Below, in pieces: positions 1-13,517 of a DNA stretch of 64,000 nucleotides. Numbering within the stretch: the first letter of the stretch is position 1; each line of letters opens with the position of its first letter. The DNA is taken from the NCBI GenBank assembly GCA_030525785.1, contig JAUNEA010000004.1, positions 69,359 through 133,358 of the forward strand. The letters are read 5' to 3'. The notes beneath the pieces are model-generated. The model ran no database searches. It worked only from the letters and a program-made list of their open reading frames with translations, and was not told where the DNA came from. Made by a program: the position numbers and the translations under genes. The stretch comes from Cardiobacteriaceae bacterium (GTDB taxonomy: Bacteria; Pseudomonadota; Gammaproteobacteria; Cardiobacteriales; Cardiobacteriaceae).

Positions 1-1454
1 ATGGCTGAACTCAGCGCTTTAATCGCCTCTTCCTGCCCAAAGACTAACTGATTCAATTCAAATTCCAAACTTCGTAACACATTGCGCTCATTTTGATTCA
101 CATTCTGCTCAGGCACACGCGCTACATCAGCAACCATCTTCTCAATCAAGCGCACATCAATTTCTTGGCTACGTTCTTCTTCACTCAACAAACGCTGACG
201 AGCTCCAGCTTCATCTAATAAATCAATAGCTTTATCAGGGAGATGGCGATCGTTGATGTAACGATCTGATAAACGCACCGCCGCTTCAATCGCCTCATCG
301 CTGTATTTAATCTCGTGGAATTGCTCATAATAGGATTTTAAGCCTTGCAAAATAGCGATGCTGTCTTCAACACTTGGCTCACGAACCACCACTTGATGAA
401 ATCTTCGCGCTAAAGCATGATTTTTTTCAAAAACTTGACGATATTCTTTTTCTGTCGTTGCGCCAATGGTTCGCAGTTTGCCACTGGATAAAGCAGGCTT
501 TAAAAGCTCGGATACGTCCATTTTGTTATCACTAGAGCCACCTGAGCCAATGATGGTATGAATTTCATCAATGAACAAAATAGCTTTAGGCTTTTTCTCA
601 ATCTCATCTAAAAGCGCTTTGACTCGATTCTCCAAATCTCCACGATATTTTGTGCCAGCAATCAATGCGCCAGAATCCAAGCTGTAAATCACATTATCTT
701 GCAACAAGGGTGGCACGCGTTTTTCCACAATTGCCTTCGCCAAGCCTTCTACAATTGCTGTTTTACCAACGCCTGCTTCACCCACCAAAATGGGGTTATT
801 TTTACGGCGACGGCAAAGGGTTTGCATCATGCGTTCTAATTCCTTTTCCCGACCAATCAGCTGATCAATCTCGCCCTTAAGCGCTTTGGCGTTCAAATCG
901 CTGGTGTACTCTGCTAATGCCGATTTTTTGGCACTTTTGGCTTCTTCTTTGAAATCTTTTTTGCCCGATTTATCCTCACGCTCCTCTTCTTTCATGACTT
1001 CTTCTGCTTCGCGTACAGGTGGCAAAACCTCTTCATGATGAATTTTTTCCACCAAGTCAGCACGACTAACGCCATGTGTTTTCAAATAATAAGCTGCGTA
1101 AGAATCTTCTTCGCTAATAATTGCCACTAAGGCATAAAGCACCGATACCTCTTTCTTACCCATATTACGCATATGCAACAAGGCTCGTTGAATCATACGC
1201 TGGAAAGTCGTTGTTGGCTGAGGAGAAAAACGTTCACGTTCCACAACCGTGCAATGCTCCTGCAAATAACGCTCTAAATCTCCACGCAAAGCCTCAATAT
1301 TGACTTTTAAATCCATCAACATCTGAGAAACTATTTGATTTTCTAACAAAGAAATCAAAAGATGCTCGAGTGTGAGATATTCATGGCGGGCTTTTTGAGC
1401 GTTGATGTACGCTCGATCAATGGCTTGCTCTAAAGGCTTGGACAATGCCGTCAT
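1..1454 (-). CDS. clpA: ATP-dependent Clp protease ATP-binding subunit ClpA (N-terminal ~485 aa; C-terminus lies beyond window start)
   Basis: Reverse-strand translation starting from the ATG at 1454..1452 gives [37 protein letters not shown]..., with the two ClpA N-domain repeats and the first AAA+ Walker A ([10 protein letters not shown]). It runs continuously to coordinate 1. Confidence 0.9.
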   Translation of the reverse strand, partial: MTALSKPLEQAIDRAYINAQKARHEYLTLEHLLISLLENQIVSQMLMDLKVNIEALRGDLERYLQEHCTVVERERFSPQPTTTFQRMIQRALLHMRNMGKKEVSVLYALVAIISEEDSYAAYYLKTHGVSRADLVEKIHHEEVLPPVREAEEVMKEEEREDKSGKKDFKEEAKSAKKSALAEYTSDLNAKALKGEIDQLIGREKELERMMQTLCRRRKNNPILVGEAGVGKTAIVEGLAKAIVEKRVPPLLQDNVIYSLDSGALIAGTKYRGDLENRVKALLDEIEKKPKAILFIDEIHTIIGSGGSSDNKMDVSELLKPALSSGKLRTIGATTEKEYRQVFEKNHALARRFHQVVVREPSVEDSIAILQGLKSYYEQFHEIKYSDEAIEAAVRLSDRYINDRHLPDKAIDLLDEAGARQRLLSEEERSQEIDVRLIEKMVADVARVPEQNVNQNERNVLRSLEFELNQLVFGQEEAIKALSSA

Positions 1455-1506
1455 TCTGTTTGCTCCTAACAGTTAATCTTGTTCTTCAAATAATGCTCAC
1501 AGCTAT

Positions 1507-1812
1507 TTATGAGCGCGAAATGGGTTGTAATTGGCAACGAAGTGGAAAACCAGCCTCTCGCGCCAAATGATGTACTTGCTCGGCTTTGGTCTCAGCAATT
1601 TCTTTACAGTAAATGCCACAAACAGCAGAACCTTGTTCATGTATGCGATACATCACACGCTCCGCCTGAACGTAATCCATCTGGAAAATATCCATGAGGA
1701 TATCAATCACAAAATCCATCGTGGTCACATCATCATTTAACATCACCACCTGATAATGGGGCGGTGGAGCCAATTTAGGTGGGGCAACCACTGCCTCAAC
1801 ACTTCCAGACAT
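1507..1812 (-). CDS. clpS: ATP-dependent Clp protease adaptor ClpS
   Basis: Tracked ORF 1507..1830; the ClpS-like sequence (MSGSVEAVVAPPKLAPPPHYQVVMLNDDVTTMDFVIDIL...) starts at the second ATG, preceded by a GAGGAGAAGGAA RBS. It lies immediately upstream of clpA as in the conserved clpS-clpA arrangement. Confidence 0.88.
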   Translation of the reverse strand: MSGSVEAVVAPPKLAPPPHYQVVMLNDDVTTMDFVIDILMDIFQMDYVQAERVMYRIHEQGSAVCGIYCKEIAETKAEQVHHLAREAGFPLRCQLQPISRS

Positions 1813-1959
1813 TTCCTTCTCCTCACACAAAGCGCTTTGCTTTCTCTCTTAACTATATGGGGGCAATCTAGCCAAAGACAAGATGCCCCCATCGATTTTT
1901 ATGCCCGCACGACACCCACTTAGCTACGCCCGATGAGCCATGTTGACAAAGCGCTTTCT

Positions 1960-2325
1960 TTAATCATTCAAAATTTCCTCCAACGCCTCCGTCAGTTCAT
2001 CATCGGTAAAGGGCTTGTATAAAAAGCCCTGTGCTCCCAATTTGATGGCTCGAATACCTGTGGCTTTATCGGATAACGCTGAAATCACCAAAATTTTTGC
2101 CTGCGCATCAAATTGACAAATAGCTGAAATACACGCTAATCCGTCCATTTGTGGCATGGTTAAATCCATCGTGACCATATCTGGCTTATGCTTTTTATAC
2201 AAATCTAAAGCCTCTGCACCGTTGCTTGCTACGGCAACGACCGCTAAATTCACTTGTTTCACATTACGCTCAATGCGACTGCGAATAATCTGTGAATCAT
2301 CAACAATCATGATTGTTTTCTTCAT
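1960..2325 (-). CDS. single-domain CheY-like response regulator (receiver only)
   Basis: 121 aa: MKKTIMIVDDSQIIR...DMVTMDLTMPQMDGL...KILVISALSD has the receiver-domain acidic pocket and the conserved D and K. RBS AGGTGGGAAG. It starts 15 nt after the stop of the upstream kinase. Confidence 0.8.
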   Translation of the reverse strand: MKKTIMIVDDSQIIRSRIERNVKQVNLAVVAVASNGAEALDLYKKHKPDMVTMDLTMPQMDGLACISAICQFDAQAKILVISALSDKATGIRAIKLGAQGFLYKPFTDDELTEALEEILND

Positions 2326-2340
2326 GGCTTCCCACCTAAA

Positions 2341-4368
2341 TTAACCAGCATTTTCTTGCGGAAAGACAAACGTAAATCGCGTATAACGACCAGCTTGTGT
2401 ACTCACTTTCAACTGCCCACCATGTTGTTGCACCGTATGTTTCACCATATCCAAGCCAACACCACGACCCGCATCACCATCTTGTTTCTCTGCGGTCGAT
2501 AATTGTGAACGGAACATAATGCCCAAAAGCGCTTTGCTATCTAGCTGTTGCGCTTGTTCTGGTGTATACCAACCCAGCTCAACGGCCTTCTTGCGAATCG
2601 CCCCGTAATCCAAACCGCGACCATCGTCTTCAATATCCAAACAAAGCGCTTTGTTTTGTTGGCTGATGCGAATGTTTACCACGCCTGTTTCTCGTTTGCC
2701 CAAAGCGCTTCGCTCTGTGGGAGATTCAATACCATGCACCACTGCATTACGCACAATTTGTACCGCAATAGAGCGAATAATAGAGCGCCATTCTTCAGAC
2801 ACAAGCTGTATCCCATCAACATGGCAAACCACATTTTTACCTTGCCGTTCTGCCAAATCATGAACAAACTCTTGGTAATAAGCGCTTTGTGAATCGCTTT
2901 TTTCAGAGATTGCTTGTTTGGCTTGGCTCGCTGTCTCGGCTGGTTGCTTAACATGAGGATTGCACAACAAACTCGACATCACTTGCGTCAAGTTAATCAA
3001 TTCCTCTAAAAGCACCACCAGCCCCAAGAAATGTTCGCCCTGTAGATTTTTTTGTTGTTGCTTAGCCTTTAATTCCTCTTCAAATTTCTCACAAAGCTCT
3101 TGGAAAACACTCAACTTCAAAGCGCTTGCCTCTCCTTTCAAGCTATGTACCAAACGCCAAATTTGTTCTGTTTTGATGCGTAAAGTATGTTGTTCATAAG
3201 CTTGCTCACGCAGCAACTCATTGATTTGAACACAGCTCTTCTGAGAATTGAGCAAGAAATCTTGCACGGTTACTCTATCGCCTACTTGAATAGCTTTCAA
3301 CATAGGCAAATAGCTGCCTCCTGAAGAACGCTCAGATTTTAACTGTTCAGCCAATAAAACATCACTGGTAATATCGCTAATATTGACCAACACTTTCGAA
3401 ATCTCAGATTGTTCGTAAACACGTTTAAAATCAAATCTCAAATAACGCTGACGCTTATTGAGCATGACCTCTACTTGATCTAATGGATTCAACGATTCAA
3501 TCAATTTAGCTTTGACTTTGGGATTATAAAGCTGCTCGATAAATTCTTCTGTACTAAGAATCAAATCTCTATCACGAATAATGGTTTGCAAAACATCTAC
3601 TAGCCCTAAGCCTTCCAGATGCTCATCACCTAAAAATTCATACAATCGATGCGAACGCAATTGTCCGATACTTAAATCCCTTTCCAACAAGAATAAACCT
3701 GTATTCACTGTTGCCATAATATCACTCATCTCACGCTGAGCCACCGCCAATTCCGCATCAACGCGAATAAAGCGCTTTACATAGACCAAGAGTAAGAAAA
3801 TGAAATAAATGACGGAAAACAGCGCTAAACCAGCCTGCAAATAATTAGATTTGCGAATAATATTTTGCGATTCTTCGTAATAGCCATAATAAATGGGACC
3901 CACCAAATCATAATAGTTAATGGAAAGACGCTCATAAATATAATTTGCCAAATCCAATTCATCTTCACGTTTTTTTGATTTGATACGCTCTAATTTTTCT
4001 CTGAACGTTTTCCATTGGCTAGATAATTCATTGATTTTTCCATCTAAACCCAGTTCAGCCATCATCTCGGTATGCTCAAACATATATTTGAGGTTATCGT
4101 CCACTTCAACAATATATTTATCAATCTCTTCAATCAACTTATTTTTTCTTTCACTATCTTCGCTTTCAAGAGCCAATAAGTTGTTAGAATGCACACCAAT
4201 ATGTAACATCGCATCGCTAATATCACCAATATAGTCCACATTTTCCAAAGCCCTAATGTTCTTTTGTGACCATTGATAAGTTGCCAAAAAGCCAAAAGAC
4301 AAAATGACCAACCAAATAATCAATGCCACGATTAATCCAAAATATCGATTTTGTTTTAATTGCCCCAT
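2341..4368 (-). CDS. membrane-anchored CheA-family histidine kinase (HPt domain + HATPase_c, no CheW-like domain)
   Basis: 675 aa. Two hydrophobic segments (res ~10-33 and ~180-203) flank a ~145 aa extracytoplasmic region. HPt-type phosphorylation motif HSLKGEASALKL. C-terminal catalytic boxes: N box IVRNAVVHGIE, G1 DDGRGLD, G2 GRGVGLDMV. Confidence 0.7.
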   Translation of the reverse strand: MGQLKQNRYFGLIVALIIWLVILSFGFLATYQWSQKNIRALENVDYIGDISDAMLHIGVHSNNLLALESEDSERKNKLIEEIDKYIVEVDDNLKYMFEHTEMMAELGLDGKINELSSQWKTFREKLERIKSKKREDELDLANYIYERLSINYYDLVGPIYYGYYEESQNIIRKSNYLQAGLALFSVIYFIFLLLVYVKRFIRVDAELAVAQREMSDIMATVNTGLFLLERDLSIGQLRSHRLYEFLGDEHLEGLGLVDVLQTIIRDRDLILSTEEFIEQLYNPKVKAKLIESLNPLDQVEVMLNKRQRYLRFDFKRVYEQSEISKVLVNISDITSDVLLAEQLKSERSSGGSYLPMLKAIQVGDRVTVQDFLLNSQKSCVQINELLREQAYEQHTLRIKTEQIWRLVHSLKGEASALKLSVFQELCEKFEEELKAKQQQKNLQGEHFLGLVVLLEELINLTQVMSSLLCNPHVKQPAETASQAKQAISEKSDSQSAYYQEFVHDLAERQGKNVVCHVDGIQLVSEEWRSIIRSIAVQIVRNAVVHGIESPTERSALGKRETGVVNIRISQQNKALCLDIEDDGRGLDYGAIRKKAVELGWYTPEQAQQLDSKALLGIMFRSQLSTAEKQDGDAGRGVGLDMVKHTVQQHGGQLKVSTQAGRYTRFTFVFPQENAG

Positions 4369-4446
4369 GATATTCTATTTATCCTTTCTATGGATTTAAA
4401 AAACCCTAATTCAATTTTTTAAGCCATAATTTCATTTTCATTTGTT

Positions 4447-5706
4447 CTATGCGCGAACCGCATATTTCCCTTCCACAATCCATTTATAGGTTGTAAGCGC
4501 CTCTAAGCCCATAGGCCCACGCGCATGAAGTTTCTGCGTACTAACAGCTACCTCAGCGCCTAAACCAAATTGTGCGCCATCAGTAAAACGCGTACTCGCA
4601 TTCACATAAACTGCTGCAGCATCAACACGCTGCACGAACTCGCGTGCCAATTGTGGATTTTGCGTCAAAATTGCCTCCGAATGCGCAGTTCCGTACGTTG
4701 CAATATGCTCCAAAGCGCTTTGGAAATTCTTCACCACAACCACATTCAAATCGTAAGAAAGCCATTCATGACTAAGCTGTTCTTCACTCAAATGCTGCAC
4801 ACGACCCTTTTTACCTTCCAGATATTTATAAGCTTTTTTATCCACGTGCAAACAAACTTCATCGCCTAAATATTTAGCAAGCTTAGGCAAAAAGCTTTTA
4901 GCAATAGATTTTTGCACCAGTAGCGTTTCAACAGTATTGCAAGTGCTGGGTCTTTGGGTTTTTGCATTTTTGATAACCTCCAAACTCTCTGCCACCAAAG
5001 CGCTTTCCTCTACAAAAATATGGCAAACCCCAATACCCCCCGTCATCACAGGAACCCGAGCATGCTCGCGACAAAATGCCTGCAATGCCTCGCCTCCTCG
5101 TGGAATAATCACATCAACATAACGCTCTAGCTGCAATAATTCACGTATAGAATCGCGTTCAAAATTAGGCAACATCTGTACGCTATCACTCTCAACGCCC
5201 TCCTCCGACAAAGCGCTTTGAATAAGAGATAAAAGCGCTTTGTTGGTCTCGCGCGTTTCTTTACCACCACGCAAAATCACAGCATTGCCTGTTTTCAAAC
5301 ACAAACTCGCCACATCAATGGTGACATTAGGGCGAGATTCATAAATAACCCCAACAACCCCCAGTGGCACGCATTCACGGCGAATCAAAAGCCCACTGTC
5401 TAACCGACCACCATCAATTACGCGCCCAATAGGATCAGGCAATTGCATCACTTTGCGCACTTCTTGTGCCATATTCTGTAAACGTTCAGGGGTCAAGGTT
5501 AAACGGTCAATCATCGCTGCACTTAAACCTTGCTCTTCTGCTTTTTTCACATCATCAGCATTAGCTTGCAAAATGCTCTCTTGCTGCTGCTCCAAGCCTT
5601 CTGCAATTTTTTGCAACACCGCATTTTTCTTCACGTTTGATAATAAAGCTAAACTTGATGCTGCTCGTTTAGCTTGTTTCCCCAATTCCAACACACTCAT
5701 CATCAT
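4447..5706 (-). CDS. proA: gamma-glutamyl phosphate reductase (glutamate-5-semialdehyde dehydrogenase)
   Basis: 419 aa with a full-length ProA-like aldehyde dehydrogenase fold sequence. It lies directly downstream of proB in proBA order. Confidence 0.9.
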   Translation of the reverse strand: MMMSVLELGKQAKRAASSLALLSNVKKNAVLQKIAEGLEQQQESILQANADDVKKAEEQGLSAAMIDRLTLTPERLQNMAQEVRKVMQLPDPIGRVIDGGRLDSGLLIRRECVPLGVVGVIYESRPNVTIDVASLCLKTGNAVILRGGKETRETNKALLSLIQSALSEEGVESDSVQMLPNFERDSIRELLQLERYVDVIIPRGGEALQAFCREHARVPVMTGGIGVCHIFVEESALVAESLEVIKNAKTQRPSTCNTVETLLVQKSIAKSFLPKLAKYLGDEVCLHVDKKAYKYLEGKKGRVQHLSEEQLSHEWLSYDLNVVVVKNFQSALEHIATYGTAHSEAILTQNPQLAREFVQRVDAAAVYVNASTRFTDGAQFGLGAEVAVSTQKLHARGPMGLEALTTYKWIVEGKYAVRA

Positions 5707-5734
5707 TCCTTTCTCAAAACCCTATTCAACAATC

Positions 5735-6835
5735 CTACAACACCACCATATCATCACGATGTACCACTACCGAACCGTAAGCATAGCCTAAAAGTTTTTC
5801 AATATCAGATGATTGCGCCCCTGAAATCCGCTGCAATGCTTCACTACCGTAACGAACCATAGCGCGCGCCAACACACGCCCTTTTTCATCTTCAATACTC
5901 AAAACCTCACCACGCGAAAATGTTCCCACAACTTGCTTCACACCAGCAGGCAATAGGGATTTTTGTTGCTCCAAAAGCGCTTTAACAGCCCCCTCATCAA
6001 TCACCAATTTGCCTGCCACAGGCGCTGCAAATAGCCATTGCTTCCGCCCATCAAGCAAATGCTTCGGCACCAAAAACTTCGTTCCAATTGCTACACCTTG
6101 CGCCAAATCCACCAGTACATTGGCTCGCATGCCATCAGCAATAATGGTCTCAATGCCCGAACGAGTGGCAACATCAGCGGCAATGATTTTGGTCATCATA
6201 CCCCCCGTTCCCAAACCAGAAACACTGCCACCTGCCATTTGCCGAATGGAAAGCGTGATTTCAGGAACCTCTGCAATTAGCTGCGCCTCTGGATTAGAGC
6301 GTGGGTCAGCGTTAAATAAGCCTTGTTGGTCGGTCAGTAGATAAAGCTGTTTTGCCCCTGCCAAAATGGCAATGAGCGCTGAGAGATTGTCGTTATCGCC
6401 CACTTTAATCTCCGCTGCTGCCACAGCATCGTTTTCATTGACAATCGGCACAATGCCTTGCTCAAGCAAAGCGCTTAGAGTATCTCGCGCATACAAAAAC
6501 CGCTCTCTATCTTCCATATCAGCGCGAGAAACCAGCATCTGTCCCACTTTAACACCATAAATATCAAACAATTGAGACCATATATTCATCAACTGCGTTT
6601 GCCCAACTGATGCTAGCATTTGCTTGGAGGCAATGGTTTTGGGCAAGTCGGGGTGATGCAGATAATCACGTCCTGCTGCAATAGCTCCTGAGGTTACCAG
6701 CACAACGGTATGCCCTAAATTGCGCAAATGCACCATCTGTTGTACCAGCGAAAGCATATGAGCTCGATTAAGTGAACGACTACCTGCTGTAAGAACACTA
6801 GTTCCCAGCTTAACCACCACCATTTTTCCCATCAT
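5735..6835 (-). CDS. proB: glutamate 5-kinase (with C-terminal PUA domain)
   Basis: 366 aa: [16 protein letters not shown]... amino-acid kinase fold, C-terminal PUA-like region ([21 protein letters not shown]). Confidence 0.9.
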   Translation of the reverse strand: MMGKMVVVKLGTSVLTAGSRSLNRAHMLSLVQQMVHLRNLGHTVVLVTSGAIAAGRDYLHHPDLPKTIASKQMLASVGQTQLMNIWSQLFDIYGVKVGQMLVSRADMEDRERFLYARDTLSALLEQGIVPIVNENDAVAAAEIKVGDNDNLSALIAILAGAKQLYLLTDQQGLFNADPRSNPEAQLIAEVPEITLSIRQMAGGSVSGLGTGGMMTKIIAADVATRSGIETIIADGMRANVLVDLAQGVAIGTKFLVPKHLLDGRKQWLFAAPVAGKLVIDEGAVKALLEQQKSLLPAGVKQVVGTFSRGEVLSIEDEKGRVLARAMVRYGSEALQRISGAQSSDIEKLLGYAYGSVVVHRDDMVVL

Positions 6836-7271
6836 TCAAACTCCTTTTCAAAACTTAGCCCATATTAACGCGCCAACTTTTTCAGCGCATTTGGATAGCC
6901 CTAATAAAAAATGAACAAATACTCATTTTTCATTCATGAAACCTATCAAAATCTTGTTCTATATTCCTCTAAATCGCAGGATAGATAAAGTTAATCAGAT
7001 GGTGGCAAGTGCTTTAAGGCTTCCGTTGGGTAACTTCTGGCTTGCGCCCTTGTTTAATTTTCGGTTTCGTCACAGATTGGGGAATGAGGGCGTTTGACCA
7101 CATCACACCCCAACCCCTCCTCCCTTGCCTCATTGATTGATTGTTTCCCTTTCGGTTTACCCCTGCTCTCAAAAAACGGCTAAGCCAAAAGCAAACGCCG
7201 CCGATAAAAAGAGCTTCCGTCTGAAGCAATCACCACGCGCCAAAGCGCTTTGATTGACTTCCCCTGCGTGA

Positions 7272-8645
<1,374 letters not shown>

Positions 8646-8670
8646 TAATTTCTATCTTCATACTTTAAAT

Positions 8671-8705
8671 CCTAACCCCAAAGCGCTTTGCTTTGGGGTT
8701 TACTC
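8671..8705 (+). terminator. putative rho-independent terminator after gdhA
   Basis: CCCCAAAG / CTTTGGGG 8-bp stem with a 7-nt loop, followed by a T-rich tract. It is built around one copy of the AAAGCGCTTT motif. Confidence 0.4.
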
Positions 8706-8771
8706 TATCTTCCTTTTATTCATCAGATACTGATACCATTTGAAAGCCCCTAATGATGGGCTTATACTTAG

Positions 8772-9812
<1,041 letters not shown>

Positions 9813-9838
9813 AGCTTAAAGGTTTATTTTTATCCAAA

Positions 9839-9900
9839 TCAAAGCGCTTTGAATATTCCATTTTGATGGGAATTCATTCAAAGCGCTTTTTTTCTTTTTT
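9839..9900 (+). terminator. hairpin + T-run between dctP and dctQ (intra-operon attenuator/terminator)
   Basis: The inverted pair TCAAAGCGCTTTGAATATTCC ... GGAATTCATTCAAAGCGCTTT forms a ~20-bp imperfect stem, followed by TTTTTTTCTTTTTT. Confidence 0.45.
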
Positions 9901-9909
9901 GGAGGATTC

Positions 9910-10560
9910 ATGAAGACAATAACACCTTTATCTTGGCTAAATCATTTTTGGTCACGCCTAGAGGAAATTATGGTCGCCTTTTTGTTGGCTGCCATGACCT
10001 TCATTACTTTTATTTATGTTGTTTTCAACAACCTATACAACGTTTTTTTTGAATTAGCAGAACACTTTCCCAGCACCGCCTCTTTCGCTGATCCTATTGG
10101 CGAATTCATCATGGAACAAGCGCAAAATATGACATGGAGCGTTGCCATGACCAAAGCCTGCTTTGGGTGGCTCATTTTCTTTGGCGCATCTTATGGTGTA
10201 CGCACTGCAGGGCATATTGGCATTGATGCGCTGGTTAAGCGCTTTAGCAATCTTTGGCAACGGAGGATTGCTTTATTTGCATGCTTTTTATGCATTGTTT
10301 ACAGCATCTTTATTGGTATCGCCAGTTATGAATGGATTAAAGTTATTTATGTGGCAGATATTGGCGCTGATGATTTGCATCAATTCCATCTGAAATTGTG
10401 GCATATTGGCTTTATCATGCCCTTTGGCTTTGCTCTCATTGCTCTGCGTTTTTTAGAAATGTTCTGCCATATTTATCAAGGCAAACAATTAGGCTTAGGC
10501 TTAGCTGATGAAAGTGAAGACGCACTCAAACTGAGTGAACACGAAGGAGCAAGCTCATGA
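9910..10560 (+). CDS. dctQ: TRAP transporter small permease (DctQ family)
   Basis: 216 aa hydrophobic protein with 4 predicted TM segments, positioned between dctP and dctM. Its stop overlaps the dctM start. Confidence 0.75.
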   Translation: MKTITPLSWLNHFWSRLEEIMVAFLLAAMTFITFIYVVFNNLYNVFFELAEHFPSTASFADPIGEFIMEQAQNMTWSVAMTKACFGWLIFFGASYGVRTAGHIGIDALVKRFSNLWQRRIALFACFLCIVYSIFIGIASYEWIKVIYVADIGADDLHQFHLKLWHIGFIMPFGFALIALRFLEMFCHIYQGKQLGLGLADESEDALKLSEHEGASS

Positions 10561-11837
10561 CCATCGCTATTTTATTTTCTCTACTCTTTTTGTTGATGTT
10601 TTTGGGCGTTCCCATTGCCATTTCTCTGGGCTTATCAGGCGCAATAACCATTATGTTATTCAGCCAAGACAGCTTAAGCTCCTTGGCAATTAAACTCTTT
10701 GAAACCTCTGAACACTATACTCTACTCGCCATTCCTTTCTTCCTTTTAGCAGGCGCGTTCATGACCACAGGTGGCGTAGCTCGGCGATTGATTGATTTTG
10801 CCAACGCTTGCGTTGGGCATATTCGCGGAGGTTTGGCAATTGCCGCTGTACTCTCATGTATGCTCTTTGCTGCCCTTTCAGGCTCTAGCCCTGCAACCGT
10901 TGCAGCCGTTGGCTCCATTGCCATTGCTGGTATGGTTCGCTCAGGCTACCCAACTGAGTTTGGTACGGGCATCATTTGCAACGCTGGCACTTTAGGCATT
11001 TTGATTCCACCCTCTGTGGTGATGGTCGTTTATGCAGCTGCAACCGAAACCTCAGTCGGGCGTTTGTTTATGGCAGGGGTTATTCCTGGAACCTTGTTAG
11101 GTGTTGCCTTGATGGTGGCAATCTACATCGTTGCGCGAGTCAAAAATCTACCTGCTCAACCACGCGCAAGCCTAAAAGAATGGCTAAGTGCTGCACGCAA
11201 AGCGCTTTGGGGGTTATTGCTGATGGGCATTATTTTGGGTGGTATTTATTCAGGCATCTTTACGCCCACAGAAGCAGCAGCTGTTGCAGCAGTTTATTCC
11301 TTTTTTGTTGCCGTTTTTGTGTACAAAGATATTAAACTCAAAGATTGCCCACGCGTCTTTTTAGAGTCAGGCAAATTAACCATCATGCTGATGTTTATCA
11401 TTGCCAATGCGATGTTATTTGCTCATGTATTAACAACAGAACAAATTCCGCAAGCTATTACACACTTTGTTACAGAAAAACAATTGCCACCTTGGGCATT
11501 TTTGATTGCTGTTAATATCGTGCTATTGATAGCAGGTGCATTCATGGAACCTTCCGCCATCATTTTAATCCTTGCTCCTATTTTCTTCCCTATTGCGGTA
11601 GAATTAGGGATTGACCCAATCCATTTGGGCATTATCATGGTGGTTAATATGGAGATTGGCTTAATCACACCACCCATTGGTTTGAATTTGTTTGTTGCCT
11701 CAGCTGTTTCAGGCTTACCTGTCACACGCGTCATCAAAGCTGCTATGCCTTGGCTTTTGATTCTGCTTTTCTTCTTAATGCTGATAACCTACATTCCTGC
11801 TATTTCACTAGCATTACCCAACTGGCTAGGCGTGTAA
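10557..11837 (+). CDS. dctM: TRAP transporter large permease (DctM family)
   Basis: 426 aa polytopic membrane protein with DctM-like sequence throughout. ATGA overlap with dctQ. Confidence 0.88.
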   Translation: MTIAILFSLLFLLMFLGVPIAISLGLSGAITIMLFSQDSLSSLAIKLFETSEHYTLLAIPFFLLAGAFMTTGGVARRLIDFANACVGHIRGGLAIAAVLSCMLFAALSGSSPATVAAVGSIAIAGMVRSGYPTEFGTGIICNAGTLGILIPPSVVMVVYAAATETSVGRLFMAGVIPGTLLGVALMVAIYIVARVKNLPAQPRASLKEWLSAARKALWGLLLMGIILGGIYSGIFTPTEAAAVAAVYSFFVAVFVYKDIKLKDCPRVFLESGKLTIMLMFIIANAMLFAHVLTTEQIPQAITHFVTEKQLPPWAFLIAVNIVLLIAGAFMEPSAIILILAPIFFPIAVELGIDPIHLGIIMVVNMEIGLITPPIGLNLFVASAVSGLPVTRVIKAAMPWLLILLFFLMLITYIPAISLALPNWLGV

Positions 11838-11860
11838 TTCCTAAACCCCAACCTAAAAAT

Positions 11861-11905
11861 AAAGCGCTTTGGATTCTTATAAAACCCAAAGCGCTTTGTT
11901 ATTTT
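11861..11905. terminator. bidirectional terminator between convergent dctM and purF
   Basis: AAAGCGCTTTGG ... CCAAAGCGCTTT inverted pair with a ~13-nt loop, flanked by A-run and T-run. Confidence 0.45.
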
Positions 11906-11920
11906 GAGACGCTTAAATAC

Positions 11921-13384
11921 TTAGCAACGAGCCTTACTTAATTGCTGCAAGTAAGCCTCATCAATATCTCCTGTTGGATAAATGCCATCAAAAACAGAAC
12001 AATCAAAAGTTTCCGTTAAACGGTATTTGGTTTGAACACACGATTGAATCAAATCTTCTAACGATTGATAAATCACTTTATCCGCGCCAATCAATGCCGC
12101 AATTTCGGATTCTTCTCGCTGATACGCCACCAATTCCTCGCGCGTTGGCATATCAATACCATAAACATTTGGATAGCGTACTGCTGGCGCTGCTGATGCC
12201 AAATAAACTTTATTGGCTCCCGAATCCCTCGCCATTTGAATGATTTGCTGACTGGTCGTACCACGCACAATCGAATCATCAACCAGCAAAACATTTTTAC
12301 GGCGAAACTCATGTGTTAGTGGATTAAGCTTCTGGCGCACCGATTTGGCGCGTAAGGTTTGACCTGGCATGATAAATGTCCGACCAATGTAACGATTTTT
12401 GATAAACCCTTCGCGAAACTTCACCCCCAACACTTCCGCCAATTCCAAAGCGCTTTGGCGACTGGTGTCAGGAATGGGAATGACCACATCAATATCATGG
12501 TCTGACCACTCACGCAAAATCTTTCTCGCTAACATCTCGCCCATGCGTTTGCGTGCTTTGTAAACGCTGATGCCATCAATAATGGAATCAGGGCGGGCAA
12601 AGTAAACGTATTCAAAAATGCAAGGCATACGGCGCGTATTCTCGGCGCACAAAGCGCTTTGTACCACGCCTTGTTCCGTGATAATCAAAGTCTCTGCTGG
12701 TAAAATATCGGCAATAATTTCATAGCCCTGAGCAATCAAGGCTACGGATTCGCTCGCAACCATGTACTCCTTGCCCAATTCTGTTTCGCGAACCCCATAA
12801 ATGAGTGGGCGAATGCCATTAGGGTCTCGGAATGCCACCAAACCATAACCACTCAACAAGCACACCACCGCATACGCCCCGCGCACACGCTGATGAACAC
12901 GAGAAACAGCGTGGTAAATCATCTCCGCATTCAGCTGCAAACGACCTTGCTTTTGCACTTCTTGCTGCAATTCGTGCGCAAAAATATTCAACAATACTTC
13001 GCTATCAGATTGCGTGTTCACATGGCGCAAATCCACATCGCGAATCTCACGCATCAAATCTGGTGTGTTGGTTAAATTGCCATTGTGAGCAAGCGCAATG
13101 CCATAGGGTGAATTCACATAAAGTGGCTGCGCCTCATGGCAAGAGCTAGTGCCTGCAGTGGGATAACGAACATGACCAATGCCAATATTGCCTTGCAATT
13201 GCTCCATGTGGGATTGTTTGAAAATATCACGCACCAAGCCATTACCCTTCTCAATCATCACTCGACCACCGCTTGAAGTCGCAATGCCTGCGGCATCTTG
13301 CCCACGATGTTGTAGTGATAACAACGCATCATAAATTCCCTGATTGACAGGCTCACGCCCAACAACGCCCACAATTCCGCACAT
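11921..13384 (-). CDS. purF: amidophosphoribosyltransferase
   Basis: 487 aa beginning MCGIVGVVG (N-terminal nucleophile Cys), with glutamine amidotransferase class-II and PRTase domains. Confidence 0.92.
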   Translation of the reverse strand: MCGIVGVVGREPVNQGIYDALLSLQHRGQDAAGIATSSGGRVMIEKGNGLVRDIFKQSHMEQLQGNIGIGHVRYPTAGTSSCHEAQPLYVNSPYGIALAHNGNLTNTPDLMREIRDVDLRHVNTQSDSEVLLNIFAHELQQEVQKQGRLQLNAEMIYHAVSRVHQRVRGAYAVVCLLSGYGLVAFRDPNGIRPLIYGVRETELGKEYMVASESVALIAQGYEIIADILPAETLIITEQGVVQSALCAENTRRMPCIFEYVYFARPDSIIDGISVYKARKRMGEMLARKILREWSDHDIDVVIPIPDTSRQSALELAEVLGVKFREGFIKNRYIGRTFIMPGQTLRAKSVRQKLNPLTHEFRRKNVLLVDDSIVRGTTSQQIIQMARDSGANKVYLASAAPAVRYPNVYGIDMPTREELVAYQREESEIAALIGADKVIYQSLEDLIQSCVQTKYRLTETFDCSVFDGIYPTGDIDEAYLQQLSKARC

Positions 13385-13477
13385 ATTTATTCCTCAATCA
13401 CTCAATGATGTTACACAATTGTCATAATCAACAATTGTCCCACTATTGTACCCAAAAAACCAAAGCGCTTTGGGCTA

Positions 13478-13511
13478 TCGCTCCCAAAAAAATCCCCTCA
13501 TCAAAGAGGGG
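13478..13511 (-). terminator. rho-independent terminator downstream of pyrD
   Basis: Minus strand reads ATCCCCTC TTTGAT GAGGGGAT followed by TTTTTTT (plus strand AAAAAAATCCCCTCATCAAAGAGGGGAT). Confidence 0.5.
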
Positions 13512-13517
13512 ATATTC

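Noticed and set aside
1860-1910. Plus-strand hairpin ATGGGGGCA...TGCCCCCAT + TTTTT in the clpS promoter region
   Set aside because: Both flanking genes are on the minus strand, so a plus-strand terminator has no obvious upstream gene. It could be an antisense or sRNA terminator, but there is no promoter evidence.
2548-3199. Multiple 70-114 aa ORFs antisense to the histidine kinase gene (and similar antisense ORFs inside proA, gdhA, purF, pyrD, mfd and other genes)
   Set aside because: They are embedded opposite long, homology-supported genes, lack RBS signals, and have composition typical of antisense frames.
7014-7229. 71-aa ORF in the 470-bp divergent proB/gdhA intergenic region
   Set aside because: It has no RBS and a low-complexity basic composition, and it occupies the expected divergent promoter region. 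It is probably not coding.
7211-7230. GCTTCCGTCTGAAGC, which contains TCCGTCTGAA, a 9/10 match to the Neisseria DNA uptake sequence GCCGTCTGAA, in the proB-gdhA intergenic region
   Set aside because: It is a single copy forming a small hairpin. The motif that actually dominates this genome is the unrelated AAAGCGCTTT palindrome. A lone near-match in 64 kb is compatible with chance.
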